From: Candidatus Woesearchaeota archaeon
GTDB taxonomy: Archaea; Nanobdellota; Nanobdellia; Woesearchaeales; ARS49
Length of the DNA: 64,000 bases
Reading direction: 5' to 3'
NCBI GenBank assembly: GCA_038884575.1
Contig: JAWABQ010000001.1
Coordinates: 33,730-97,729 of the forward strand
In this document: one piece after another, positions 7,826 through 15,788 of the stretch
How the letters are laid out: every line of letters begins with the position of its first letter
Position numbering within the stretch: position 1 is the first letter of the stretch
The notes under the pieces: generated by a model
Told to the model about the DNA's origin: nothing
Databases searched by the model: none
Seen by the model: the letters and a program-made list of their open reading frames with translations, nothing else
Made by a program: the position numbers and the translations under genes

Positions 7826-8758
7826 ATGCACATAAGAAGGCTGGTAAAGGCAGGGCAGACAAGTCATACTGTTTCGCTGCCAAAAGCTTGGCTTGAAAAG
7901 AACAGCCTTGAAAAAGGGGCAACGCTGTACATCCATGAAAAGTCAGATTCTGAGCTGGTTATCACGCCTGTGCTGGCTGAGCAAAAACCACTCAAGCAAA
8001 AAACAGTAACAATCAATGTTGACGGAAAACAGCCTGACACAATCCAAAGGGAAATCTCTGCAGCCTACCTTAACAATGCAGGTACAATTGACCTCGTTGG
8101 CGAAAGCATCACGCAAAACGCAAAGGAAATCCGCAGGATGATCCATGACTTTGTGGCGCTGGAGATTTCAGAGCAAAGCGCAAACAGGATTTCTGCAAAA
8201 GACCTGCTGAACCTCAAGGAAATTTCTGTTGACAAGAGCATCAAGCGCATGGACATCATAACAAGGACAATGCTGAATGACTGCAGGCAGACAGCATCAG
8301 GAAAAGATATGAGCGAGAGCGTCGGGCTCAGGGATTATGATGTTAACAGGCTTTACTTCCTGCTCACGCGGCTGCTCAAGAGCGCGCTGTCAAACCCTGA
8401 AATGGCATCATTGCTTGAGCTTGAGCCTGCGCGGGTGTTGGGCAAATGGATGCTTGTCCACTACATTGAGGAGCTCGCAGACGCTGTAAAGGTGCTTTGC
8501 AAGGAATGCGCCTCCCTGAATGCATCAGAAAGGAAGGGAATAACAGAGCTGATACGCCAGCTCGAGCAAGATTATCTTGACGTGATGAAAGCGCTGCACG
8601 AGGGAAACAGGCAGCTTGCTGACGATGTCGCCAGAAGAAGGGCAGGCAGGATGGCATTATGCGCTGAAATAAGAAAGCTGCCCGAGATTTCGCACAGTTG
8701 CAGCGCAATAGCATCGCTGCTGTCAGACATCTCACGGCTCGTTATTGACGAGAACTAG
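7826..8758 (+). CDS. AbrB/SpoVT-domain plus PhoU-like regulator (archaeal phosphate-uptake-regulator-like)
   Basis: I preferred the start at ATG 7826 because GAGGTGG lies 6-12 nt upstream. The N-terminus is IRRLVKAGQTSHTVSLPKAWLEKNSLEKGATLYI (an AbrB swapped hairpin), followed by two PhoU-like helical repeats. Confidence 0.75.
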   Translation: MHIRRLVKAGQTSHTVSLPKAWLEKNSLEKGATLYIHEKSDSELVITPVLAEQKPLKQKTVTINVDGKQPDTIQREISAAYLNNAGTIDLVGESITQNAKEIRRMIHDFVALEISEQSANRISAKDLLNLKEISVDKSIKRMDIITRTMLNDCRQTASGKDMSESVGLRDYDVNRLYFLLTRLLKSALSNPEMASLLELEPARVLGKWMLVHYIEELADAVKVLCKECASLNASERKGITELIRQLEQDYLDVMKALHEGNRQLADDVARRRAGRMALCAEIRKLPEISHSCSAIASLLSDISRLVIDEN

Positions 8759-9126
8759 ACAAGCATCTGCGGCGGCTGGATAGTCTGGTATACAGGCGAT
8801 GAAAGGCACTCCAGCTGGACTTTCAGCTTTGAATAATACATGCAGTCTGCCTTAAGCCCCTGCCTGCCTGGGTTCAAATAGTCGCACTGGCGCTGGATGA
8901 ACGTGTCCAATGACGCTGCCCTCTGGCGGGCAAGCTGGCAGACGCCCTCATCAACAGTTATAAGCTGCGCAGGGTCTTTCTGGTAAACTATCTCCCCCTG
9001 CCCCCTTACCTGCTGGTAAGCAGATACCATCCCTGTTGTGGATGCTGAGAAAGTGATTGCAATGCCTGCTATTGCAACAACAAGGACTGCGCCGACAATC
9101 ATAAGCATAATTGCCCTGTCTTCCAT
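8755..9126 (-). CDS. small N-terminally anchored Cys-containing protein
   Basis: 123 aa beginning MEDRAIMLMIVGAVLVVAIAGIAITF, with 4 Cys in the ectodomain. TATA and SD-like signals lie upstream. Confidence 0.6.
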   Translation of the reverse strand: MEDRAIMLMIVGAVLVVAIAGIAITFSASTTGMVSAYQQVRGQGEIVYQKDPAQLITVDEGVCQLARQRAASLDTFIQRQCDYLNPGRQGLKADCMYYSKLKVQLECLSSPVYQTIQPPQMLV

Positions 9127-9230
9127 ATTATCACTCTTTTTTTGACTTAATTTGTCACATTGCTATATAAACATTTTCATTGCAGGCTAGCTAGGATTAA
9201 CAAAAAATAAGAAAAAGAAGAGATAAAAAA

Positions 9231-9686
9231 TTATCTCTCTATTACGTATGGTCCGACTGGCACGCCTACATCGCGCTCGTTCGGCACGCCTGCAAAGTCA
9301 TTGAATGGCGGTCCCTTAACAAGCGACTGGTCGCCATGGAGGACGCTCTTATCGTTCACTGTCGGGCAGCAGCAGTACAGGTTGTCATCGCCGCTCACCA
9401 GAACGCCTGGGTAGCGCGGGTCCTGATATCCTGTCTTGAAGCAGCTCTTGCCGAATGCCTTTTCAAAGTCATCCTTCTGGTACAATGCATCGCGCTCTGT
9501 CGGTCCCATGAGCACTGGCGTGCACGGGCTGTCGCACATCGGCTTTCCGCCAAGCGCAGGAACATTAAGTATCTGGCCTGTCTTGGCTGCCTTTCCGCCT
9601 GACAGCAGCAGGACCAAGCCCACCACTGCAATAATTGCAACTATGCCCAGAATCACGAGACTCAGGTTTCTGCCTTCTTCAGCCAT
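9231..9686 (-). CDS. small N-terminally membrane-anchored Cys-rich protein (paralog of 5671..6141)
   Basis: 151 aa beginning MAEEGRNLSLVILGIVAIIAVVGLVLLL, with a DNLYCCCP motif. GAGGTGAT lies upstream of the ATG. Confidence 0.7.
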   Translation of the reverse strand: MAEEGRNLSLVILGIVAIIAVVGLVLLLSGGKAAKTGQILNVPALGGKPMCDSPCTPVLMGPTERDALYQKDDFEKAFGKSCFKTGYQDPRYPGVLVSGDDNLYCCCPTVNDKSVLHGDQSLVKGPPFNDFAGVPNERDVGVPVGPYVIER

Positions 9687-9765
9687 TGAGTATCACCTCT
9701 TGATACAGATGTTTATTTGTTTTACTTTACTCATATATAAACTTTTCCGTAAATCGACGAGAATC

Positions 9766-10080
9766 CTATTTGGCTGTTGCAGTCCCGACAGAAGGGCTTG
9801 CGCGCCACTCTTCATATGGAAGGCAGCAGTCTGCTGTCCTTGAGCAACAGGGAGTCACTCCGTCATAGCCGAAAAAGCACCTGTGGCCAAGGCGCTGGTA
9901 CCACTGCACCTCTTTTGCGTACACCCCCTTGCCTTCTGCAAGCACAGGCGCAGAGCCCTGCGGGCAGATTCCTGTGCTTACAGCGCCCGTGATTGACGGG
10001 CGGAGGATGTAAAAAAGCAGCAGAATTGCGAATACTGCAACAATGGCAACAATGCAAATGCATACAGCCCTGAAATTCAT
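9766..10080 (-). CDS. small N-terminally anchored Cys-rich protein
   Basis: 104 aa beginning MNFRAVCICIVAIVAVFAILLLFYIL, with ectodomain ...GVTPCCSRTADCCLPY. Confidence 0.55.
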   Translation of the reverse strand: MNFRAVCICIVAIVAVFAILLLFYILRPSITGAVSTGICPQGSAPVLAEGKGVYAKEVQWYQRLGHRCFFGYDGVTPCCSRTADCCLPYEEWRASPSVGTATAK

Positions 10081-10460
10081 TTCTTCCTTAGCCTCCTGAA
10101 TGTCTCTGCAATGTCAATGATGTACTTGCCGTCTGCAAGCTTGAAAATCAGAGGCTCGCCCTTGAACAGCTGCACCAGGTCAATCTCATACTTGCCCGGC
10201 TTCAGGACCCTGACGCTTTCCAAATCAAGCACAACAGGCTCCTCTGCCTCCTTGACGCCGAGCACGTTAAGAACGTCGCTCTCTATCTGCTTGCGCTCCT
10301 CAACAGAAACTTCAGGAGGCTTTTCATCAGCCTTTTTCAGCTGCTCAAGCCGTTCCTTCCTGATGAAGAAAAAAAGCCTTGCGCCGCACGGGCAGCCCTT
10401 GAGAATTACGTCATTCCCGTCCTCATAGAACGTGTTGCAGCGCACGCATTGGTGTGGCAT
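10077..10460 (-). CDS. Zn-ribbon protein of the conserved archaeal GTPase/DUF2073/Zn-ribbon triad (DUF2072, OapC-like)
   Basis: 127 aa beginning MPHQCVRCNTFYEDGNDVILKGCPCGARLFFF (CxxC...CxC). It overlaps or abuts its neighbours and is the last gene of the triad. Confidence 0.7.
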   Translation of the reverse strand: MPHQCVRCNTFYEDGNDVILKGCPCGARLFFFIRKERLEQLKKADEKPPEVSVEERKQIESDVLNVLGVKEAEEPVVLDLESVRVLKPGKYEIDLVQLFKGEPLIFKLADGKYIIDIAETFRRLRKK

Positions 10461-10463
10461 GAG

Positions 10464-10847
10464 TCACCGTCTGCGCTTCCGCTTGTCAGAGGTGAGCAGC
10501 TCAATCTTGTTCGGGTCCTTCTTTATCTGCTTGACAACGCTTGCCGGTCCAATGATTGTAAGACCCTGCCTGTCGCCGAGAACTGCGCCGATGATGTCAT
10601 TCCTGAACTTTTGCAGCCCTGTCAGGTTTGCAGCGTTTGGGTTGATTACTGCGAGCTCAATGCCCTTGAATTCCTTGTTTATCTCCTCCATTGTCACCTT
10701 TATGAGCTCTGTCTCCTCATCCTTTCTTAGCCTGCCCTGCAAAAGGACTATCTTGTCCTGCTTTGCAATGTTTAGCAGCTTCCTTATCCTTCCGACTGAA
10801 CTGAGCGCCTCGATTTCAGTGTATGGAAGCAGTTGTATCGTGACCAT
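10464..10847 (-). CDS. DUF2073-like protein (OapB-like), middle gene of the triad
   Basis: 127 aa, MVTIQLLPYTEIEALSSVGRIRKLLNIAKQDKIVLLQGRLRKDEETELIKVTMEEI.... It lies between the GTPase and the Zn-ribbon with gaps of 1-3 nt. Confidence 0.65.
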   Translation of the reverse strand: MVTIQLLPYTEIEALSSVGRIRKLLNIAKQDKIVLLQGRLRKDEETELIKVTMEEINKEFKGIELAVINPNAANLTGLQKFRNDIIGAVLGDRQGLTIIGPASVVKQIKKDPNKIELLTSDKRKRRR

Positions 10848-10848
10848 C

Positions 10849-11493
10849 TTATTTCACCAGCTTGAAAATTTTTTCGTACAAATCCTTGACGTGCCTGCCG
10901 TACTTTGCAGAGATTCCAATGACGTCGTACTGCGGGAATGCAGCCTGCACTTTTTTCATGTTGGCCTTCTTGAGGTCAACCTTGTTGGCGACAATCAGGA
11001 CAGGTATGTTCCTTGCCTGCAGGTTGCCGATGATTGTGACATTGACCTGGGAGTAAGGGTCCTGGGTTGCATCAAGCACGACAAGAACAGCATCCATCTC
11101 ATCCAGCCATTTTATTGACTCAATAACTCCCTTTGTTGCCTCCCTTGCGCGCTTCTTTGCCTTGCTTTCTGACATGCCTGCCTTCAGGAAGTCCTCGTAG
11201 TCAATCTTCGTGGCAATGCCTGGAGTGTCAACAAGGTTGAACATCAGCTCCTTGCCATTCTTGCTCTTGATTGAAACCTGCTCCTTGATCTGTATCTCCC
11301 GAGTCTCATGGGCAAGCGGGCTTACTTTTCCAAGCTCCTCGCCAACCCAGTCAAGGCATATCTTATTTGCTAAAGTCGTCTTGCCCGAATTCGGCGGGCC
11401 ATACAAGCCAAGCTTCAAGTCCTTCCGGCTACCGAAGAAATCCTTCATGAACCTGTTGAAAATCTGCTTTACAAAACTGAATGCCACAATCAA
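10849..11493 (-). CDS. small GTP-binding protein (OapA-like), first gene of the triad
   Basis: 214 aa with G1 GPPNSGKTT, G3 DTPG and G4 NKVD. Confidence 0.8.
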   Translation of the reverse strand: MIVAFSFVKQIFNRFMKDFFGSRKDLKLGLYGPPNSGKTTLANKICLDWVGEELGKVSPLAHETREIQIKEQVSIKSKNGKELMFNLVDTPGIATKIDYEDFLKAGMSESKAKKRAREATKGVIESIKWLDEMDAVLVVLDATQDPYSQVNVTIIGNLQARNIPVLIVANKVDLKKANMKKVQAAFPQYDVIGISAKYGRHVKDLYEKIFKLVK

Positions 11494-11608
11494 CCACTCT
11501 CTTGTTTTTTGCCGTTTCTATTGCTATCCCCACTGGCGAGTCGCTGTCTATTTATACTTTTCGGAAGTCCAAAATAAGAATATAATAAAAAGAAAAAAAG
11601 CGGCTTTT

Positions 11609-11842
11609 TTATCTGCCGCCGCGTGCCATCTTTGCGCGCGAGATGTCGCCGTGCTTGTCGATGAAGTAAAGGTATCCCTTTGCCTTCTTGACTCCGACCT
11701 TTGCGACCTTCTCAGGCCTTCCGCCCGCGCCCTTCTTTCGGCCGCGTGCCATCTTTGCGCGTGAGACGTCTCCTGACTTGTCAACGAAGTACAGGTATCC
11801 CACAGCCTTCCTGACTCCTACCTTTGCAACTTTTTCTGCCAT
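11609..11842 (-). CDS. small basic protein made of two tandem 32-aa repeats
   Basis: The start at ATG 11842 has AAGGAGGA 6 nt upstream. The protein contains EKVAKVGV(R/K)KA(V/K)GYLYF(V/I)DK(S/H)GD(V/I)SRAKMARG twice, and the duplication is also obvious at the DNA level. Confidence 0.65.
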   Translation of the reverse strand: MAEKVAKVGVRKAVGYLYFVDKSGDVSRAKMARGRKKGAGGRPEKVAKVGVKKAKGYLYFIDKHGDISRAKMARGGR

Positions 11843-11990
11843 TGTAGATTCCTCCTTTTTGGAAACCACCTGGTGAACCAGATGACCCCCCACAAATGAT
11901 TTCGTCGATAATCTGCCCTGAAAATACTATTCCTTTATAAACTTTTCGTCGGAGAGAGTCTGTTTTACCGACGAGTAACAACCAAAAAAT

Positions 11991-12230
11991 CTATTTTTTC
12001 CTGCGCCTTTTCGGCAGAGTGGATGGGATTTTTGCCTTTTTCGCAGGCTTGTCAATATCTTTTACGAACCATTCAGGCTTAAGTATCTTGTTCAAGCGCC
12101 TTGCCTCCTCAACCGTTTCCTTGTAAATCCCTGCAATCTCCTCTTTTGTCGGCTCAGGAATCTTTTCAAGCTTTTTTGCAGCGGCAAGCGCCCTCTTTTC
12201 AATGCAGTTCTTCTTGTGCCTGTATTCCAT
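11991..12230 (-). CDS. small lysine-rich hypothetical protein
   Basis: 79 aa ending ...KKAKIPSTLPKRRRKK. No recognised family. Confidence 0.45.
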   Translation of the reverse strand: MEYRHKKNCIEKRALAAAKKLEKIPEPTKEEIAGIYKETVEEARRLNKILKPEWFVKDIDKPAKKAKIPSTLPKRRRKK

Positions 12231-12347
12231 AAGAAGGAGAGATAATAATACATATAAAATAGTTTGGGTGGCTTACAGCCACAGAGACCAACCATAATTG
12301 AACTTCTTCACACAAATCTTTATAATTACCTCTTTGCTAAAAGTTTT

Positions 12348-13553
12348 GTGAAGTTCGCGCATCTTGCAGACGTGCACCTTGGAGGGTGGAGGGAGCCAAA
12401 GCTCAGGGAATTGAACACGCAGAGCTTTGTTTATGCAGTTGACAAATGCATTTCTGAAAAAGTCGATTTTGTGCTCATTGCAGGAGACCTCTTCAACACA
12501 GCCCTGCCTTCAATGGACGCCCTCAGGATTTGCGTGCAAAAGCTGAAGGAGCTTAAGGACCAAAACATTTCTGCCTACCTTATTCCCGGCTCCCATGATT
12601 TCTCGCCTAGCGGAAAAACAATGATAGACATACTCGAACACGCAGGGCTTGCTGTCAATGTCGCAAAAGAGGATACTGTTGATGGCAGGCTCAGGCTGGG
12701 TTTTGTTTCCGACCCAAGGACAGGGGCAAAGATAACAGGAATATTCGGCAAGAAGGGAGGGCTGGAAAAGCATTATTACGAGAAGCTGAACAAGGAAAGC
12801 CTTCAATCAGAGCAGGGCACAAAGATTTTCCTGTTCCACTCAGCCATTGCAGAGCTGATGCCTCCCTCGCTTTCATCTGTTGATGCAGTGCCTGTGTCCT
12901 CAATGCCGCGCGGCTTTGCGTATTATGCAGGCGGGCACATACACATTGTAAGCGAAAAATTCGTGGACGGCTACGGCATGTTTGTTTATCCGGGGCCTGT
13001 GTTTCCAAATAGCTTTTCAGAGCTTGAGGAGCTTGGCTGCGGAAGCTTTGTCATTTACGAAAACGGGAAAGTGAGGCATGAAAAAATATTGCTGCATCCC
13101 GTAGTTAGCATAAGTGTTGATGCAAAAGACAAGACTGCTGCAGAAGTGGAAAAGGAAATCCAGAACAGGCTGAACATGGCAGATGTAAAAAATGCAATTG
13201 TCCTTATCAGGGCTGGCGGGGAATTAAGGCAGGGAAAGCCAGGAGATATAAACTTTGGCGCGCTGATTGACTCGTGCATGCTCAAGGGCGCGCACATCGT
13301 GCAAAAAAACACTTACAGCCTCGGAAGCAGGGAGTTTGAGGAAATAAAGGTCAGCAAGGGCACAGTTGATGAAATCGAGGAAAGCATCATCGCAAAGCAT
13401 GCGGGCCAGCTCAAAATAATGCCAAAGGAAAAGGAGGAGGCGCTCGCAAAAGAGCTTATGAGAATCCTCAGCGCGGAAAAGGATGAGGGTGAAAAGGTTG
13501 CTGACTTTGAAAAAAGAATATCGCAGGATGTGGATAAGCTGCTGGGGATTTAA
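12348..13553 (+). CDS. mre11: Mre11/SbcD-family metallophosphoesterase nuclease
   Basis: The motifs are FAHLADVHLG, IAGDLFN, GSHD and GGHIH. I preferred the GTG at 12348 (VKFAHLADVHLG) because TATA-like ctttataatt lies 20-28 nt upstream. The ORF-track start at 12264 would add a 28-aa non-conserved leader. Confidence 0.8.
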   Translation: MKFAHLADVHLGGWREPKLRELNTQSFVYAVDKCISEKVDFVLIAGDLFNTALPSMDALRICVQKLKELKDQNISAYLIPGSHDFSPSGKTMIDILEHAGLAVNVAKEDTVDGRLRLGFVSDPRTGAKITGIFGKKGGLEKHYYEKLNKESLQSEQGTKIFLFHSAIAELMPPSLSSVDAVPVSSMPRGFAYYAGGHIHIVSEKFVDGYGMFVYPGPVFPNSFSELEELGCGSFVIYENGKVRHEKILLHPVVSISVDAKDKTAAEVEKEIQNRLNMADVKNAIVLIRAGGELRQGKPGDINFGALIDSCMLKGAHIVQKNTYSLGSREFEEIKVSKGTVDEIEESIIAKHAGQLKIMPKEKEEALAKELMRILSAEKDEGEKVADFEKRISQDVDKLLGI

Positions 13554-13756
13554 AATTTCTTAATCCAAACCTGCACAACCGGCTTACTGCGCTTTTTCCT
13601 GTAAAAAAGCGAGACAAGCCATGCAATAATTGCAGCCACTATTGTTACAGGGATTAGCAGGACAACCACGTTGAGCACGAAGATGAGGATTACAAGCCCG
13701 AGCATGGCTATCAGGAAAAAAACAATAAGCCCCTTTAATCCCCTGAACTCTGCCAT
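13550..13756 (-). CDS. small two-TM membrane protein
   Basis: 68 aa, very hydrophobic, with a basic C-terminus. Its start shares 1 nt with the dedA stop (TAATG). Confidence 0.5.
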   Translation of the reverse strand: MAEFRGLKGLIVFFLIAMLGLVILIFVLNVVVLLIPVTIVAAIIAWLVSLFYRKKRSKPVVQVWIKKF

Positions 13757-14388
13757 TAATCCCTCTTGGAGACCTCAAGTATAAAATTCCTTATGGTTTT
13801 CCTGAAAAGGCAGACAATAATTGCAAACATCACAAAAAGTATCATTAAAATAATAGGGATTGCGGCATCCAGAGAATACACAAAATGGAATGCCTTCTCA
13901 ACCTGGGGGCCAAGGGCTTTGCCAACCCAGACCAATGCTATTATCTGGATGGCTGCACTGAAAAAATCTGCAAAAAAGAATTTTTTCTGCCTCATTCCAG
14001 AGGTTCCTGCAACCCATGCTGTAACAACGCGCGTGCCAGGAATAAACCGGGCAAAAAACACTGCATAAGGGCCGTGCAGGTCAACAGCCTTTTGCACTCG
14101 CGCCATTAATTTCCTGCTGATGAAGCGCCTCAAGATGCTGTGGCCGTGGCTTGCGAGGTAAAAATGAATGTTGTCAACAACAAGAACGCTGATCAGCGCA
14201 ACAAGAACAGCAGGCCAAAAGCTGAAAACATTCTCAAAAACAAGGCAGCCTATTATGAGAAGGATGATTTCCTCAGGTATTGGCAGGAATCCTGAGCTGT
14301 TCAGAAGTATTACAACAAATATTGCAAGATATGAAAACTCTGCGATGTAAGGTATTGCCATCCCTGCCGCCATCATAAGCACGCCCAA
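13756..14388 (-). CDS. dedA: DedA/SNARE-associated family membrane protein
   Basis: 210 aa with ...FARFIPGTRVVTAWVAGTSGM... and multiple TM segments. Confidence 0.8.
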   Translation of the reverse strand: MGVLMMAAGMAIPYIAEFSYLAIFVVILLNSSGFLPIPEEIILLIIGCLVFENVFSFWPAVLVALISVLVVDNIHFYLASHGHSILRRFISRKLMARVQKAVDLHGPYAVFFARFIPGTRVVTAWVAGTSGMRQKKFFFADFFSAAIQIIALVWVGKALGPQVEKAFHFVYSLDAAIPIILMILFVMFAIIVCLFRKTIRNFILEVSKRD

Positions 14389-14405
14389 TAATGCTCGTTT
14401 TAAAG

Positions 14406-15788
14406 CTATTGCTTCAAGGCAGCCTTCAGGAGCTCAAGGACATCTTTTTCCTTTGCCCTTCCTTTGCTTGCCCTGATTACCTGCCCTACAAGGAACTGCA
14501 TTGCCTTTTCCTTGCCTGACTTGATGTCATTGACAGCAGCAGGGTTTTCTTTGACTGCCTTTTCAACAAGCGCTTTTGTCTCTTGCTGGCTGAGTGCAAG
14601 CAGGCCAAGCCTTTCTGCCGCTTTTCTTGCAGGCTCCGGCTTCATCACAAGCTCGCGGAGAAGAAGCTCTGCACCGCGCTTTGAGACCTCGCCTGATGAA
14701 AGCAATGAAAGGAACTCAATCATGTTTTCTGCCCTGAACCCTGTCTTGTCAAACCTGACGGCATTGAAGTTCAGGATTTTCTGCACGTAAGAATACCACA
14801 TTGCCGCGAGCGCAGGGTCTGACTTTTTCACAACCCCCTCAAACTGGTCTGCAAGCGCGCGCTCTGACATCAATGACTCTGCCTGCTCCTGCTTTATCTT
14901 GTACTGCCTGACAAAGCGCGCAATCCTCTGCCTTGGGGGCTCTGGCATTTCTGACATTATTTTTTTCAATTGTGCATCCGTGACTGTCAAAGGCGGAAGG
15001 TCTGGTTCTGGAATGTAGCCGTATTCCTCCTCTGTCTCCTTGTGCCTCATACTGTCTGTTGTGCCTGTGCGCTGGTCAAACGCGCGCGTCTCTGTAATGC
15101 CCTGCTCGCCGCGCGCCACAATGCTTTCCTGGCGGATTATTTCAAACTGCGCAGCGCGCTCAACATCACGGAAGCTTGTAATGTTCTTGACCTCAACCCT
15201 CGGGTGCCCCTCTATTGAAACGTTCACGTCTGCCCGAATTTTGCCCTCCTGCGCGTCAAAAATTCCGATGTAGTCTGCAAGGCGCATAAGCTCCTCAAGG
15301 AATTCGCGGGCTTCTGCAGGGCTTGAAAAAACAGGAGGGGTAACGATTTCGCACAACGGCGTTCCTGAGCGGTTATAGTCAATCAGCACATATTCTGTCC
15401 CTTTCTTGCTTTCAACATGCTTCAGTGATGCAGGGTCTTCCTCGATGTGAATCCTGGTCAGCGGTATTTTCTTGTCCTTTAATTCCAATGCGCCCCCTGT
15501 GGCAAACGGCTGGTCATACTGCGTTATCTGGAAGTCCTTTGGAAGGTCAGGATAAAAGTAAGTCTTTCTCGCAAAATAAGACACGTTCTGGATTTTGCAG
15601 TTCATTGCCAAAGCAAGCTTCAGTGCGGCAATGAACGCGTCAGTGTTCAGCCTTGGCTTTGAGCCGGGCATGCCCATGCAGGTCTGGCAGACTTTTGTGT
15701 TCGGCTCAACCCCTTCTGTCGAGCAGGAGCAGAATAATTTGCTCCTTGTGTTCGGCTGCAAGTGGATTTCAAGCCCGATCTTAACCAT
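14406..15788 (-). CDS. gatB: Asp/Glu-tRNA amidotransferase subunit B
   Basis: The start at ATG 15788 (MVKIGLEIHLQ...) overlaps the gatA stop in ATGGTTAA. The protein contains typical GatB blocks (RADVNVS, C-terminal YqeY-like tail). Confidence 0.95.
   Translation of the reverse strand: MVKIGLEIHLQPNTRSKLFCSCSTEGVEPNTKVCQTCMGMPGSKPRLNTDAFIAALKLALAMNCKIQNVSYFARKTYFYPDLPKDFQITQYDQPFATGGALELKDKKIPLTRIHIEEDPASLKHVESKKGTEYVLIDYNRSGTPLCEIVTPPVFSSPAEAREFLEELMRLADYIGIFDAQEGKIRADVNVSIEGHPRVEVKNITSFRDVERAAQFEIIRQESIVARGEQGITETRAFDQRTGTTDSMRHKETEEEYGYIPEPDLPPLTVTDAQLKKIMSEMPEPPRQRIARFVRQYKIKQEQAESLMSERALADQFEGVVKKSDPALAAMWYSYVQKILNFNAVRFDKTGFRAENMIEFLSLLSSGEVSKRGAELLLRELVMKPEPARKAAERLGLLALSQQETKALVEKAVKENPAAVNDIKSGKEKAMQFLVGQVIRASKGRAKEKDVLELLKAALKQ

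Noticed and set aside
10432-11118. A 228-aa plus-strand ORF spanning the Zn-ribbon, DUF2073 and GTPase genes.
   Set aside because: It is antisense to three tightly coupled genes with recognisable motifs. It has no start-site signals of its own.
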